DNA of 52,953 nt from a virus, in IMG/VR virus record IMGVR_UViG_3300022919_000001, positions 1-52,953 of that record; one strand, written 5' to 3'. Below are positions 1 through 8,330 of this stretch, one piece after another; the first letter of the stretch is position 1, and each line of letters starts with the position of its first letter. The translations under genes and the position numbers were made by a program. The notes beneath the pieces are model-generated. The model had not been told where the DNA came from and did no database searches. It saw only the letters and a list, made by a program, of their open reading frames with translations.

Positions 1-127
1 TATAAGCAAGGAGTACGGGCGTTGGTATACTGGATCAGATGGTACTTATTATAGAACACCTAACCACATATCACCTGTTAAACGTGAATTAGCATTGCAG
101 GCTGGTTTCCCTGAAATACCGTTTGGG
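1..127. repeat. Terminal direct repeat identical to 52827..52953 (contig self-overlap; circular or circularly permuted genome)
   Basis: Base-by-base comparison shows the first 127 nt equal the last 127 nt. An ORF reads through the junction in frame. Confidence 0.95.
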
Positions 128-229
128 GAAGATGCTGAATACTCACGCAGGTTATTGCCATTGTTAAAAACGGAAACTAAAGTTGAAGGAAACATCTATC
201 ATTATGATTACTGGAACACTAAAAAATAG
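2..229 (+). CDS. C-terminal part of the GT2-like glycosyltransferase that starts at 52489 (wraps the junction)
   Basis: The frame continues from 52489..52953. Positions 2..127 duplicate 52828..52953, then ..EDAEYSRRLLPLLKTE.. follows to TAG at 227-229. Confidence 0.8.
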   Translation: MSKEYGRWYTGSDGTYYRTPNHISPVKRELALQAGFPEIPFGEDAEYSRRLLPLLKTETKVEGNIYHYDYWNTKK

Positions 230-488
230 AAAAGGCAAAATTACAATTTGCAAATTTAGCATGACTTCAATGGGAGAACAGTCTATGAAGCTATTGTTTT
301 CTAACTTTTACCCTATCCATATAGAAAGGGGCGCATTTGACGATTCATTTATTTATTCGGGATATTCTGAACATTTTAAAGAAATTAAAGAGGGTAATCC
401 AATACCTAAATATGAAGCCGTTTTGCATTATGAAAGAGATAGCGATTATGAGATATTTTCGAGAGTTGAGTTTAAACTAATTGGTTAG
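204..488 (+). CDS. Hypothetical protein inside the glycosyltransferase island
   Basis: ORF track 183..488 starts at TTG; the first ATG is at 204. Same strand as the island. The start is uncertain. Confidence 0.4.
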   Translation: MITGTLKNRKGKITICKFSMTSMGEQSMKLLFSNFYPIHIERGAFDDSFIYSGYSEHFKEIKEGNPIPKYEAVLHYERDSDYEIFSRVEFKLIG

Positions 489-489
489 T

Positions 490-1722
490 ATGATTATGAA
501 AAATAATATCCAACTATCCATCCTAATCCCCTCAATCCCTACACGATTTGACAAGGCAACTTCGTTGTATAATAACTTGCTTAACATGGTTGGCGATAAG
601 CAAATCGAGATACTCATGCTCACAGATAACAAAGTAATTACCATAGGCGAAAAACAAAACCGCTTAATGCAAATGGCTAACGGTAAATATTTCTGCTTCA
701 TCCATGACGATGATTCGCTTACATCACTCGATGAGATTTACGAATCTACATTTCAGGATGTAGATATTATTTGTTTTAAAGCACGATGCCTTAATTCGGA
801 TGGATCTGAATATATTGTTACGCAAAAGTTAGGCAATGAAGTTGAGCATAACACAGCAGACGGTAAATATTTAGACTGCAATCGGCCGCCGTTCCCTAAT
901 TGCGTTTGGCATAACAGGTTTAAAAAGTTTAAGTTTCCTAACATATCCTACTCCGAGGACTGGCAATGGGTGCAAAAGTGTTTAAAGGTTGCCAACACAC
1001 AATTGTTCATTGATAAGGTGTTATTTCACTACAATTTCAACATCGAAGCTACCGAGGCTTCAACGGAAACCAATAAACATTGGGTAAATCCTAATCCTGA
1101 TAAAGTTTACAAGCGGTGTGTGGTTAACTTGTCCACTGAAAAGTATTGGGCAGGGCAAGAGCGATTGGCAAAGAGCATAACTGCCTATCCCGTTCTGATG
1201 TACAGAAGCGAAGCTGAAGTTGGCGCACCACCACATAAAGAAAACAACTATGCCTTTAAGCCGTATAGCTTCATTAAGGCGTACGAAGCAGGTTTTAGGC
1301 AGATACTTTGGCTCGATGCTTCTATCAGAGCCATTAAGGACATTAAACCGATATTTGATATAATAGACAAGGACGGTTATTTCTTTCAAGATAGCGGATG
1401 GCCTAATTCAAGATGGACAAACGATCGTGCATTAAAATACTTTGGCACAAATGAGGGTGAAATGTTGAGTAGTGGTGTATTGGGACTTGACCTTGATAAT
1501 CCATTAGCCTACCAATTCTTTGACCAATGGACGCAGGCAATGCGAGATGGCATATTTAATGGTGATTGGGAAAACCACCGACACGACCAATGTGCGGCTT
1601 CGCTAATCGCTCACAAATTAGGAATGAAACTACAGGATGGTAATACGTTCTTTGTGTACGGCAAAGAAGATGAGCCCACTATAAGTGATAAAACGGTTTT
1701 ATTAGCTGATGGGATTTGTTAA
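490..1722 (+). CDS. Two-domain glycosyltransferase (N-terminal GT2-like domain plus C-terminal nucleotide-sugar transferase-like domain)
   Basis: LSILIPSIPTR.. and FCFIHDDDSL (DxD) are paralogous to the 52489 ORF. The C-terminal half carries LWLDAS and HRHDQ motifs. ATG 490 lies 2 nt after the previous stop. Confidence 0.75.
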   Translation: MIMKNNIQLSILIPSIPTRFDKATSLYNNLLNMVGDKQIEILMLTDNKVITIGEKQNRLMQMANGKYFCFIHDDDSLTSLDEIYESTFQDVDIICFKARCLNSDGSEYIVTQKLGNEVEHNTADGKYLDCNRPPFPNCVWHNRFKKFKFPNISYSEDWQWVQKCLKVANTQLFIDKVLFHYNFNIEATEASTETNKHWVNPNPDKVYKRCVVNLSTEKYWAGQERLAKSITAYPVLMYRSEAEVGAPPHKENNYAFKPYSFIKAYEAGFRQILWLDASIRAIKDIKPIFDIIDKDGYFFQDSGWPNSRWTNDRALKYFGTNEGEMLSSGVLGLDLDNPLAYQFFDQWTQAMRDGIFNGDWENHRHDQCAASLIAHKLGMKLQDGNTFFVYGKEDEPTISDKTVLLADGIC

Positions 1723-1949
1723 ATAAATTTATTATGATAATACAATTAAACGAAACCGATTTAGTAAATACAGATAATATATTTACTGCTAAAAGATTAA
1801 CAAAAATACCTATTGGGAATGGCGATGGTTCTACTAAAGATAGTTTTAGAATTTGGATAAGTTCTATACATGGGAGTTCAGACACATTCTATTTTGACAA
1901 TGAAGTGGATTTAAATAAAGCATGGATAAAATTAAGAGGCAACATATGA
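1716..1949 (+). CDS. Hypothetical protein
   Basis: ORF track; alternative ATG at 1734. Its stop overlaps ATG 1946 of the next gene (ATGA). Confidence 0.4.
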   Translation: MLNKFIMIIQLNETDLVNTDNIFTAKRLTKIPIGNGDGSTKDSFRIWISSIHGSSDTFYFDNEVDLNKAWIKLRGNI

Positions 1950-2563
1950 AATACTACGCACAAAATTTAGAGGATCAATTCGTTCACCAATACTTCGGCG
2001 ATTATAAAGGAACGCTATTAGAAATAGGTGCAAATTCAGGGGAGTATTTAAGCAACTCATTAGCCCTTATACAAGCAGGGTGGAATGCACATCTAATCGA
2101 ACCCGGGCGCACTTTCTCCGACCTTGTTAAGCTCCATTATACTAATCCTAAAGTACATTTATACAATTATGCTATTGGCGAAACAGAAAGCGTAACTACG
2201 TTTTACGAATCAGGGGCGCACGTTATGGGCGGTAACGATAGTGGTTTAGTAAGCAGCTTAGACTTTGATGAAACCCTACGTTGGCGCAATGCAGGTGTTT
2301 CCTTTACAGAAGCTACGGTACAGGTTAAACCGTTTGCTGATTTTTATAAAGAAGCGGGTGAGCCTGTATTGGATTTTATTAGCATTGATGCAGAGGGGCA
2401 CGATTGGGATATTTTACAGCAGATAGATTTGGGCAAGGTGGGGTGTAAGTGTTTATGTATTGAGTGGAATGGGGATACCAGCCTATACAATAAGTTTCGT
2501 GATTACTGCAAAGGGTATAAATTAGCGCATGTTAACAGGGAGAACCTAATTTTTACGATATGA
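1922..2563 (+). CDS. FkbM-family methyltransferase
   Basis: LLEIGANSGEYLSNS matches the SAM-binding motif typical of the FkbM family. The alternative coupled start is ATG 1946. Confidence 0.75.
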   Translation: MDKIKRQHMKYYAQNLEDQFVHQYFGDYKGTLLEIGANSGEYLSNSLALIQAGWNAHLIEPGRTFSDLVKLHYTNPKVHLYNYAIGETESVTTFYESGAHVMGGNDSGLVSSLDFDETLRWRNAGVSFTEATVQVKPFADFYKEAGEPVLDFISIDAEGHDWDILQQIDLGKVGCKCLCIEWNGDTSLYNKFRDYCKGYKLAHVNRENLIFTI

Positions 2564-2709
2564 AGTTGTGGCAATACTTATTCAACCATAAAAAAAGTGT
2601 TGAACAAATGCAACGTGAGCAAAATAGGCTAAACGCTGAAATAAGGGCTATGTCATTTCAATCTGTTAAATTTAAAAAGTGTTGTGAATTTAAAATAGGA
2701 GCCAATTGA
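2560..2709 (+). CDS. Small hypothetical protein (49 aa)
   Basis: Hand-called. ATGA overlap with the upstream stop and TTGA overlap with the downstream start. Contains two copies of the AAAAAGTGTTG motif. Confidence 0.3.
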   Translation: MKLWQYLFNHKKSVEQMQREQNRLNAEIRAMSFQSVKFKKCCEFKIGAN

Positions 2710-3254
2710 TACATTACATATCCCCCTACTCCACCTCAAAGAACATCGGCAAAGCCATTAACGATAATATTCGCCAACTTAACCCAAATGATGAAGATTG
2801 GCTAGTTTTAATCGACCATGACGTTCTATTTTTGCTCCCCGACACAAAAGCACGCCTCGAACGCATCCTATCAACAACAAATTACGACATTTTAGGCTGC
2901 GTAACAAACCGCTTAGCCATGCCGTACCAATGCGTACAGGGAATGTTCGACGAAACTGATATTCGCAAACACATTGAAGTAGCCCAAATCCTAGAATCAG
3001 ACGAAGTACAACCCTACATGCACATTTTAGCAGCATTTTGCCTATGCTTTCAGGTCAAAACGTGGAGAAAATTAGGTGGATTTGCCGAAAATAGCATACA
3101 ATTTGATACTACTTTCTCGCTAATGGCTGAAAAGAGTGGGTTAAAGAAGGGATTAATGACGGGAGTTTACCTATTTCACGCATACAGGATGTGGTCTGAC
3201 AACCCTAAACAGGACGTGGCGCATTTGCTTCCTGATATACCGCAGCAAGAGTAG
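2706..3254 (+). CDS. GT-A fold glycosyltransferase-like protein
   Basis: WLVLIDHDVLFL (DxD-like) and the overall GT2-like layout. The TTG start is coupled to the upstream ORF. Confidence 0.6.
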   Translation: MIHYISPYSTSKNIGKAINDNIRQLNPNDEDWLVLIDHDVLFLLPDTKARLERILSTTNYDILGCVTNRLAMPYQCVQGMFDETDIRKHIEVAQILESDEVQPYMHILAAFCLCFQVKTWRKLGGFAENSIQFDTTFSLMAEKSGLKKGLMTGVYLFHAYRMWSDNPKQDVAHLLPDIPQQE

Positions 3255-4569
3255 TTTTACCAGTTTGCACGTAATGCTCATTCATATACTGCTCTTTTTT
3301 CTCACCGTATTTAAGCACAGCCCTCATTTCATTTGGTGTTAAAACTCCTTCAGGTATAGATTTAAGGTAATCTGCAACATCTTTCATGTTTACCGCCATT
3401 TCAGGTAGCTGCGTATAGTCCCACTCTAAAGCATCTACGCCGTAACCCTCTGCCAACATGATTGTAAACGCCTCGCCTATCGCATCGCATATAGGTGCAA
3501 TAGCATCATAAACTAATTTAAGGGTTTCAGTGCCAACATTGTTATCTGTGCTTGCCTTTTGGTTGTGATAGCTTAGTGGCACATGGTATGCACGGTAAAC
3601 ATCTTCTTCACTTACGCCGATAACCTCTAATAATTTCAAATCACCAATTGGCAATCCTATTTGCTGCCATGCTAAAGATATTGAAGAGGGAAAAACACGG
3701 CTTAACTCGTCGTTTGACTTGCGAGCTTCAACCATTTTATCCTTTAGCTGCGTCTTTTGTTCAGGCGTTAACTGATCCTCTTTATCCCTCGGAGATAGCA
3801 CACCAAATACACCACCATTCTTAGCTTGCTTGGTAGTTTGCGTCTTACCCTCTTTAATTGCCCGTAAACTTTCAGCATAAGCCCTTAATGGCGCAACACC
3901 GTACAGATATTGCATTGTCCTGTCAACTGGGGCAAAGTTTCCTGTCTTAATATGCTGTATTTCTTCTTTCTCAAACCTTTTCAGGTCATAGCTTTGCAGA
4001 ATGTAGCCACGTATTGGGTTTAAAAAATCCTCCACATCAGCAGCAATCTCCATATTAGGAAAGCAGAACAACTCTTTTACTTTCCCTTTGCCAACTCTAA
4101 TCGGGTGAACGTAGGTATTACCCTGGTATAAGTAGCTTAGTATTGTAGTCCACATTAATTGCGTACCTGTTTGGTATGGATTAGCTTTGCCGTTAGTAAG
4201 CAATGCTTTCAAATCTGAAATATCCACCTCCTCAATAGCCAGCATTTTCATTACGTATGCTTGAACTGGATCTGTTTTTGCCAATTCTTTAGCCTTTTGC
4301 AGTTTAGCTTTATCTTTTATCTTATATCCAACAATGGGGCAGTTAAGTACTTTTTTGGTTAACAAGTCGGTTACTTCGTACGTTGCGCCAATTGTTCTGA
4401 ACGTATTGTAATAGTCTATTGCATCGGGGTTAATAGTAGGTAAGGCGTTATTCAGCCCTATATTAATCATTTGCAAAGCATTGGCATAGCTAACTGCTGC
4501 CTTGCTTGCTATTGCCTCATTAACTTTTTTGTTAATCTGTGAGCCAAATATTAAATCTACTATTCCCAT
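3205..4569 (-). CDS. Portal protein (HK97-family-like)
   Basis: 454 aa, downstream of the terminase genes on the same strand. The C-terminal ..LTPNEMRAVL.. is typical of portals. Confidence 0.8.
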   Translation of the reverse strand: MGIVDLIFGSQINKKVNEAIASKAAVSYANALQMINIGLNNALPTINPDAIDYYNTFRTIGATYEVTDLLTKKVLNCPIVGYKIKDKAKLQKAKELAKTDPVQAYVMKMLAIEEVDISDLKALLTNGKANPYQTGTQLMWTTILSYLYQGNTYVHPIRVGKGKVKELFCFPNMEIAADVEDFLNPIRGYILQSYDLKRFEKEEIQHIKTGNFAPVDRTMQYLYGVAPLRAYAESLRAIKEGKTQTTKQAKNGGVFGVLSPRDKEDQLTPEQKTQLKDKMVEARKSNDELSRVFPSSISLAWQQIGLPIGDLKLLEVIGVSEEDVYRAYHVPLSYHNQKASTDNNVGTETLKLVYDAIAPICDAIGEAFTIMLAEGYGVDALEWDYTQLPEMAVNMKDVADYLKSIPEGVLTPNEMRAVLKYGEKKEQYMNEHYVQTGKTTLAAVYQEANAPRPV

Positions 4570-4595
4570 GACGGTAAAAATAGGTAAATAGTATT

Positions 4596-4630
4596 ATAAA
4601 ACAAAAAACCCAACTTTTTAGGGTTGGGTT
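4596..4630 (-). terminator. Rho-independent terminator downstream of the tRNA-like genes
   Basis: Stem AACCCAAC/GTTGGGTT (4607-4614 with 4623-4630), followed on the minus strand by a T-rich run. Confidence 0.55.
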
Positions 4631-4675
4631 ACAAAAGTAGCAGGATAATGTTTCTAAATCGCTCTTTCACAAAAT

Positions 4676-4779
4676 CCTATAATGGTGGACTCGAACCACC
4701 AAACCAAAGATCATATTTAACGACGACTTTATGGCGCTTCCGTCAATCTACTGCTGGTTACCTGTTTCGCCAATTATAT
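4676..4779 (-). tRNA. tRNA-like gene B (non-canonical, about 103 nt)
   Basis: T arm GGTGG-TTCGAGT-CCACC. All-AT acceptor ATATAAT/ATTATAG with a 1:72 mismatch. TGGCGA follows the acceptor. No 5-7-5 anticodon arm was found by eye. Confidence 0.35.
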
Positions 4780-4794
4780 TTTATACTACTTTAG

Positions 4795-4892
4795 TGCAAC
4801 GGGTAGGATTCGAACCTACAACACGGAGATACCTCGAAATATCTTTATCCGCACCAGCTACCTGTTACGTCTACCAATTGCGCCACCGTTGC
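4795..4892 (-). tRNA. tRNA-like gene A (Leu-type D arm, 97 nt, no canonical anticodon arm)
   Basis: Acceptor GCAACGG/CCGTTGC, D arm TGGCGCAATTGGTAGACGT, T arm GTAGG-TTCGAAT-CCTAC. The 47-nt central part lacks a 5-7-5 arm. Confidence 0.5.
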
Positions 4893-4966
4893 TTTTTAAA
4901 AAAGGATAAATCAGCCTTGCGCTTCATTATCCCCATACCTAAACGTTAAATGAAGATTTTGTTAGT

Positions 4967-5263
4967 TTAGTCGTCAAAAGTTTGTCTATTGCTATCATAG
5001 TGAGGAATTAATTCAATAGCCTTTAACACATCGGTTATATTATAGGCCATTAAACTACCATCAAAGAAGTCAACTATCAACCCATCGGGTTTAGTTATAT
5101 CTTCCCAACTTGGAAAACAATGGTCGTTATCATCAATAAATACAGAAACATCCCATCCGCCTTCTCTACCTGTAGAATAATAACTTATCGGTTCAAACTC
5201 AATAAATGTAGGCTTATAGCCTTTAGCGATTAACGCTTTCTCTATCTTTTGTTTATTTTTCAT
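4967..5263 (-). CDS. Hypothetical protein
   Basis: ORF track; last gene of a coupled chain of small minus-strand genes. Confidence 0.55.
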   Translation of the reverse strand: MKNKQKIEKALIAKGYKPTFIEFEPISYYSTGREGGWDVSVFIDDNDHCFPSWEDITKPDGLIVDFFDGSLMAYNITDVLKAIELIPHYDSNRQTFDD

Positions 5264-5441
5264 CTTTAAAAATTATTAATAAACTATCATAAATACTTCT
5301 ACATGTTTCAGTACTTGGGTAGCACAATGTTAGATTATATCCGTCTTTTTTTGTATAAATTTTAATATGCTTTCCTTTGCCAAAGGCGTCACTATCTATA
5401 TCAGCGAATAAATTATCTCCTAATTCTATTTCTCTAATCAC
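5253..5441 (-). CDS. Hypothetical protein
   Basis: ORF track; GTG start overlaps the upstream stop (GTGA). Confidence 0.5.
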   Translation of the reverse strand: MIREIELGDNLFADIDSDAFGKGKHIKIYTKKDGYNLTLCYPSTETCRSIYDSLLIIFKDEK

Positions 5442-5593
5442 CTTACACTTTTTAAAATCACACTATTACCATATTTATGCCTTAAAAGAGCGATACTATT
5501 ATTCTCGTCTATTACTTTGCCGTTTAGGGTTGCCTGCCAGTATTTTATAGGGCGGCGTTCGGTATTTGGTTGGGGGAGTTGGTAAAGCTTCAT
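5438..5593 (-). CDS. Small hypothetical protein (51 aa)
   Basis: Hand-called: MKLYQLPQPNTERRP... ATGA overlap with the upstream gene and GTGA overlap with the downstream gene. Confidence 0.4.
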   Translation of the reverse strand: MKLYQLPQPNTERRPIKYWQATLNGKVIDENNSIALLRHKYGNSVILKSVR

Positions 5594-5832
5594 ACCCTGC
5601 CAAACTTATCATATACATGCCGTGTTATTTTATAATAATCTTCAGGTATATATGTTCTATAATTAATAATTAATTCAAGTTTACCTAACTGTAAAGTAAA
5701 TTCAGTATACCATCTATGAGGTATAAAATCCATAAAGCCATTATCGTTAGGAACTTCATGTTTTTCAAGAACTCCGTGGTTAAAGTCACTAACGCATTCG
5801 GATTGTTTAATGAGTGCTAATATTTCTTCCAT
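5590..5832 (-). CDS. Hypothetical protein
   Basis: ORF track; operon context. Confidence 0.55.
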   Translation of the reverse strand: MEEILALIKQSECVSDFNHGVLEKHEVPNDNGFMDFIPHRWYTEFTLQLGKLELIINYRTYIPEDYYKITRHVYDKFGRV

Positions 5833-5836
5833 CTCC

Positions 5837-6127
5837 TTAAAATATTAAATTCTGAACTAAACAACCTCTCCACGCAGCGGCCTCAATATCCCAATAGCTA
5901 AACATGCCTTTATTACTCGGCTTATCGGTTTTACGCTCATACTTAACATCTAACGTTCCAACAGCCTTACGTATGCTGCCATCTACTTTTTTGTAGCTGA
6001 AGGTTACGCTGCCGATTAATAGTTGTATCTGCAACTTGATTACTGACCATGCATAGCTAAGAGCCTCTGCGAATGAATTAAATTTGTCGGCTACTTGCCA
6101 TGCTGTAAGAAATACTCTGCGTTTCAT
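5837..6127 (-). CDS. Small beta-barrel protein (DUF2693-like, tentative)
   Basis: The motif YKKVDGSIRKAVGTL resembles the family as I recall it. Not searched. Confidence 0.5.
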   Translation of the reverse strand: MKRRVFLTAWQVADKFNSFAEALSYAWSVIKLQIQLLIGSVTFSYKKVDGSIRKAVGTLDVKYERKTDKPSNKGMFSYWDIEAAAWRGCLVQNLIF

Positions 6128-6149
6128 ATCTTTATCGTTTGGTATAGAA

Positions 6150-6179
6150 CAAAGATACTGTTTAATTGAGCATTGTCAA
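6150..6179 (-). promoter_or_regulatory. Bacteroidota-type promoter (-7 TATCTTTG, TTG 19 nt upstream)
   Basis: Minus-strand TATCTTTG at 6150-6157 and TTG at 6177-6179, 23 nt upstream of ATG 6127. Confidence 0.5.
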
Positions 6180-6190
6180 TAGACAAATGA

Positions 6191-6373
6191 TTATTTATTT
6201 GTCATATTTTCGTTACATTCTACAAATATCTGTTTACCTATTGGCAGGTACTCGCCATTGTAAAGCGCAAAGGTCTGGCAATTAACCTTGCTGTATTTCT
6301 TAGATTGCCTTACGTTTTGGTGGCTTGTGTTGTTTTCGTTAGCTGTTTGCTGTATCGTCTTGAGTGTTGTCAT
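6191..6373 (-). CDS. Hypothetical protein
   Basis: ORF track. TATCTTTG box at 6378-6385, only 5 nt from the ATG, suggests a near-leaderless transcript. Confidence 0.5.
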   Translation of the reverse strand: MTTLKTIQQTANENNTSHQNVRQSKKYSKVNCQTFALYNGEYLPIGKQIFVECNENMTNK

Positions 6374-6401
6374 ATAGCAAAGATACGTATTTTAGTATTA
6401 A

Positions 6402-7562
6402 TCACCAGCCGAAATCAACTTCTTTAGGCACATTAATATTCAACTTATTCAAAGCAACGTAACGCAGCGGATCAATTAAGTGATTAAACTTATCAATAGG
6501 CACATTCATTGCCCTGCCTGTCACCCTATCAACTTTCCATTTGTATTTACCCAACTCCGAACGTAGGTTAACTGAATTTCGGGTTACATTAATTTTGTAC
6601 CGCCTCAATATATCAATGCCGTTCTTAATACTATCCGGCCCTTTATTGGCACCGTAAACATTCAAACCCAATTGCTTTAGTTCCTCAATACTTTTCGGCT
6701 CTGCACTATCGGCAATTATCTCATCGTTACCAACAATACCCTTTAGTTCCCTATGTATATCAGGATTAGTAAGCCCTGTTTGATATATCAATTCATTAAC
6801 CCATAATTCACCATTTTGCAAGTAAACAGCTAATGCGCCCGTCTCATCATTCGTAAATCCAAAATCAAGTCCATAAGCCACTAATTTCGCATCTTGTGGT
6901 ATTGCTTCACAAACAAACCAATTAGATATTACCAAACCTTCGATTTTACCCGTCAATCCTCTTGCGTAAACCCTCCAAAGTTCTTGGTCGACATCTTTTA
7001 ACGCTTCGATTTTATCTCTCGTTATATCGCTTAAAAATGGGTTGTGGCGGTGGTCGCTAATTATGAGCTGCGTTGCTGGCTTTCCGAGTAGGTTATCATG
7101 CACCCAAAAAGTGTTGTTTGGGTTATAGTCAATATATATCCGTCGGGAGGTTCTTAATGATAATTCGGTATAAAATTCAAATGGTATACCGTTAGCTTCG
7201 TTAATGAATAGGTAGTCACGTTTGCCGGATTTAGCGTCCTGTGCATTATCATAAGAATTGAACTCAATCTTACTGCCGTTCTTCATGTAGAATATTCGGT
7301 CTGCCTTGTTGTAAGACTTAACCAAATACTTTAATTCCTCGCTACCATCATAGATATTAAGCGCATCCCTTAAAGCACCAACTTTTAAGTTTGGTATATC
7401 CTGACCTACTACCGTAACCACCCGCTTAGGTTCAGCACACGCCAAAACAAAAAGCACCTGCATTATGGCATAAGTCTTGCCGCTGCTGGTGCCTCCCTGA
7501 TTAACTACTACATGTCCTGTAGCATTATAGTTCGCTAAATATAAATCAGTCGCTTGAAACAT
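6402..7562 (-). CDS. terL: Terminase large subunit
   Basis: Walker A GGTSSGKTYA near the N-terminus, 386 aa, overlaps the small subunit gene, upstream of portal. Confidence 0.85.
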   Translation of the reverse strand: MFQATDLYLANYNATGHVVVNQGGTSSGKTYAIMQVLFVLACAEPKRVVTVVGQDIPNLKVGALRDALNIYDGSEELKYLVKSYNKADRIFYMKNGSKIEFNSYDNAQDAKSGKRDYLFINEANGIPFEFYTELSLRTSRRIYIDYNPNNTFWVHDNLLGKPATQLIISDHRHNPFLSDITRDKIEALKDVDQELWRVYARGLTGKIEGLVISNWFVCEAIPQDAKLVAYGLDFGFTNDETGALAVYLQNGELWVNELIYQTGLTNPDIHRELKGIVGNDEIIADSAEPKSIEELKQLGLNVYGANKGPDSIKNGIDILRRYKINVTRNSVNLRSELGKYKWKVDRVTGRAMNVPIDKFNHLIDPLRYVALNKLNINVPKEVDFGW

Positions 7563-8037
7563 CTTTTTCGCTTCCTGCTAATGGTACGCCCGATGTTGTT
7601 ATGATAGGTTGGAAATTAAGGTTGGTTATTGGTTTGGATTGTTCGTTGTCTTGAGCAAACACGCCAATTATTTTTCCGATCATTTCAGTAGCTTTATTAG
7701 CACCTGAGCTATCAAATTCATAAACAGGATTCCCATATTCATCTTCAACTGGAATAAACTCTTTTAATCCTGCATCCCATTGAACTACTGGCTTTGCCTT
7801 TACACAAGCATCCGAAATATGTTCAAAACGCTTCATTACCCACTCTTTTGTTAGTCCCGATTTTTCAGAATATTCAGCCCTTAATGATTGTAAATATTCC
7901 TGTATATCCTCTCGCTGTAACAATTGCCATGCTTGTTGCTTTGCTGTATCAGTACTAAAACCTGCATAAATAGCTGATTGAGTGCCATTTAAAGTCTCAA
8001 AGTACCTATCTGCAAAACGTTTATGTTGATCTAGCAT
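7546..8037 (-). CDS. terS: Terminase small subunit
   Basis: MLDQHKRFADRYF..NGTQSAIYAGFS..TAKQQAWQLL is typical of small terminases. Start taken at the internal ATG 8037, not 8076. Confidence 0.75.
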   Translation of the reverse strand: MLDQHKRFADRYFETLNGTQSAIYAGFSTDTAKQQAWQLLQREDIQEYLQSLRAEYSEKSGLTKEWVMKRFEHISDACVKAKPVVQWDAGLKEFIPVEDEYGNPVYEFDSSGANKATEMIGKIIGVFAQDNEQSKPITNLNFQPIITTSGVPLAGSEKDVSSD

Positions 8038-8080
8038 AGTAAAGAAAAGTAAAGTTTTTACCCCAAACTTACACAAAATT

Positions 8081-8296
8081 TTATAAAGTCAAGGGGGATT
8101 TAAGGAATTCTTTTAATAAAGGCCGTATAAAGTCCTTAGCAGCCTCGCTACAATCTTTTGGCACACGGAAGTTAATAGTTACCGTTTCAATCTTTTTAGT
8201 AGCGTATGGGGCACGTTTGGTGCCTGAGCGAACGCCACGGGGTTTACCGTGTATGTCTTGCGCTATTTCAATAAGTTTTCTATCTACTTTATCCAT
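8081..8296 (-). CDS. Hypothetical protein
   Basis: ORF track; operon context. Confidence 0.5.
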   Translation of the reverse strand: MDKVDRKLIEIAQDIHGKPRGVRSGTKRAPYATKKIETVTINFRVPKDCSEAAKDFIRPLLKEFLKSPLTL

Positions 8297-8330
8297 TTTT
8301 AGGTTTTAATATCGGTAAATTTAAAGTCGC

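Noticed and set aside
1-127. Genuine physical direct terminal repeat (DTR) of the virion DNA
   Set aside because: The repeat lies inside a coding sequence, and 127 nt is a typical assembler k-mer overlap. Read-terminus data would be needed to decide.
4731-4949. 72-aa plus-strand ORF from the ORF track
   Set aside because: It lies entirely over the two minus-strand tRNA-like elements and translates their T and acceptor arms. It has no operon context on the plus strand.
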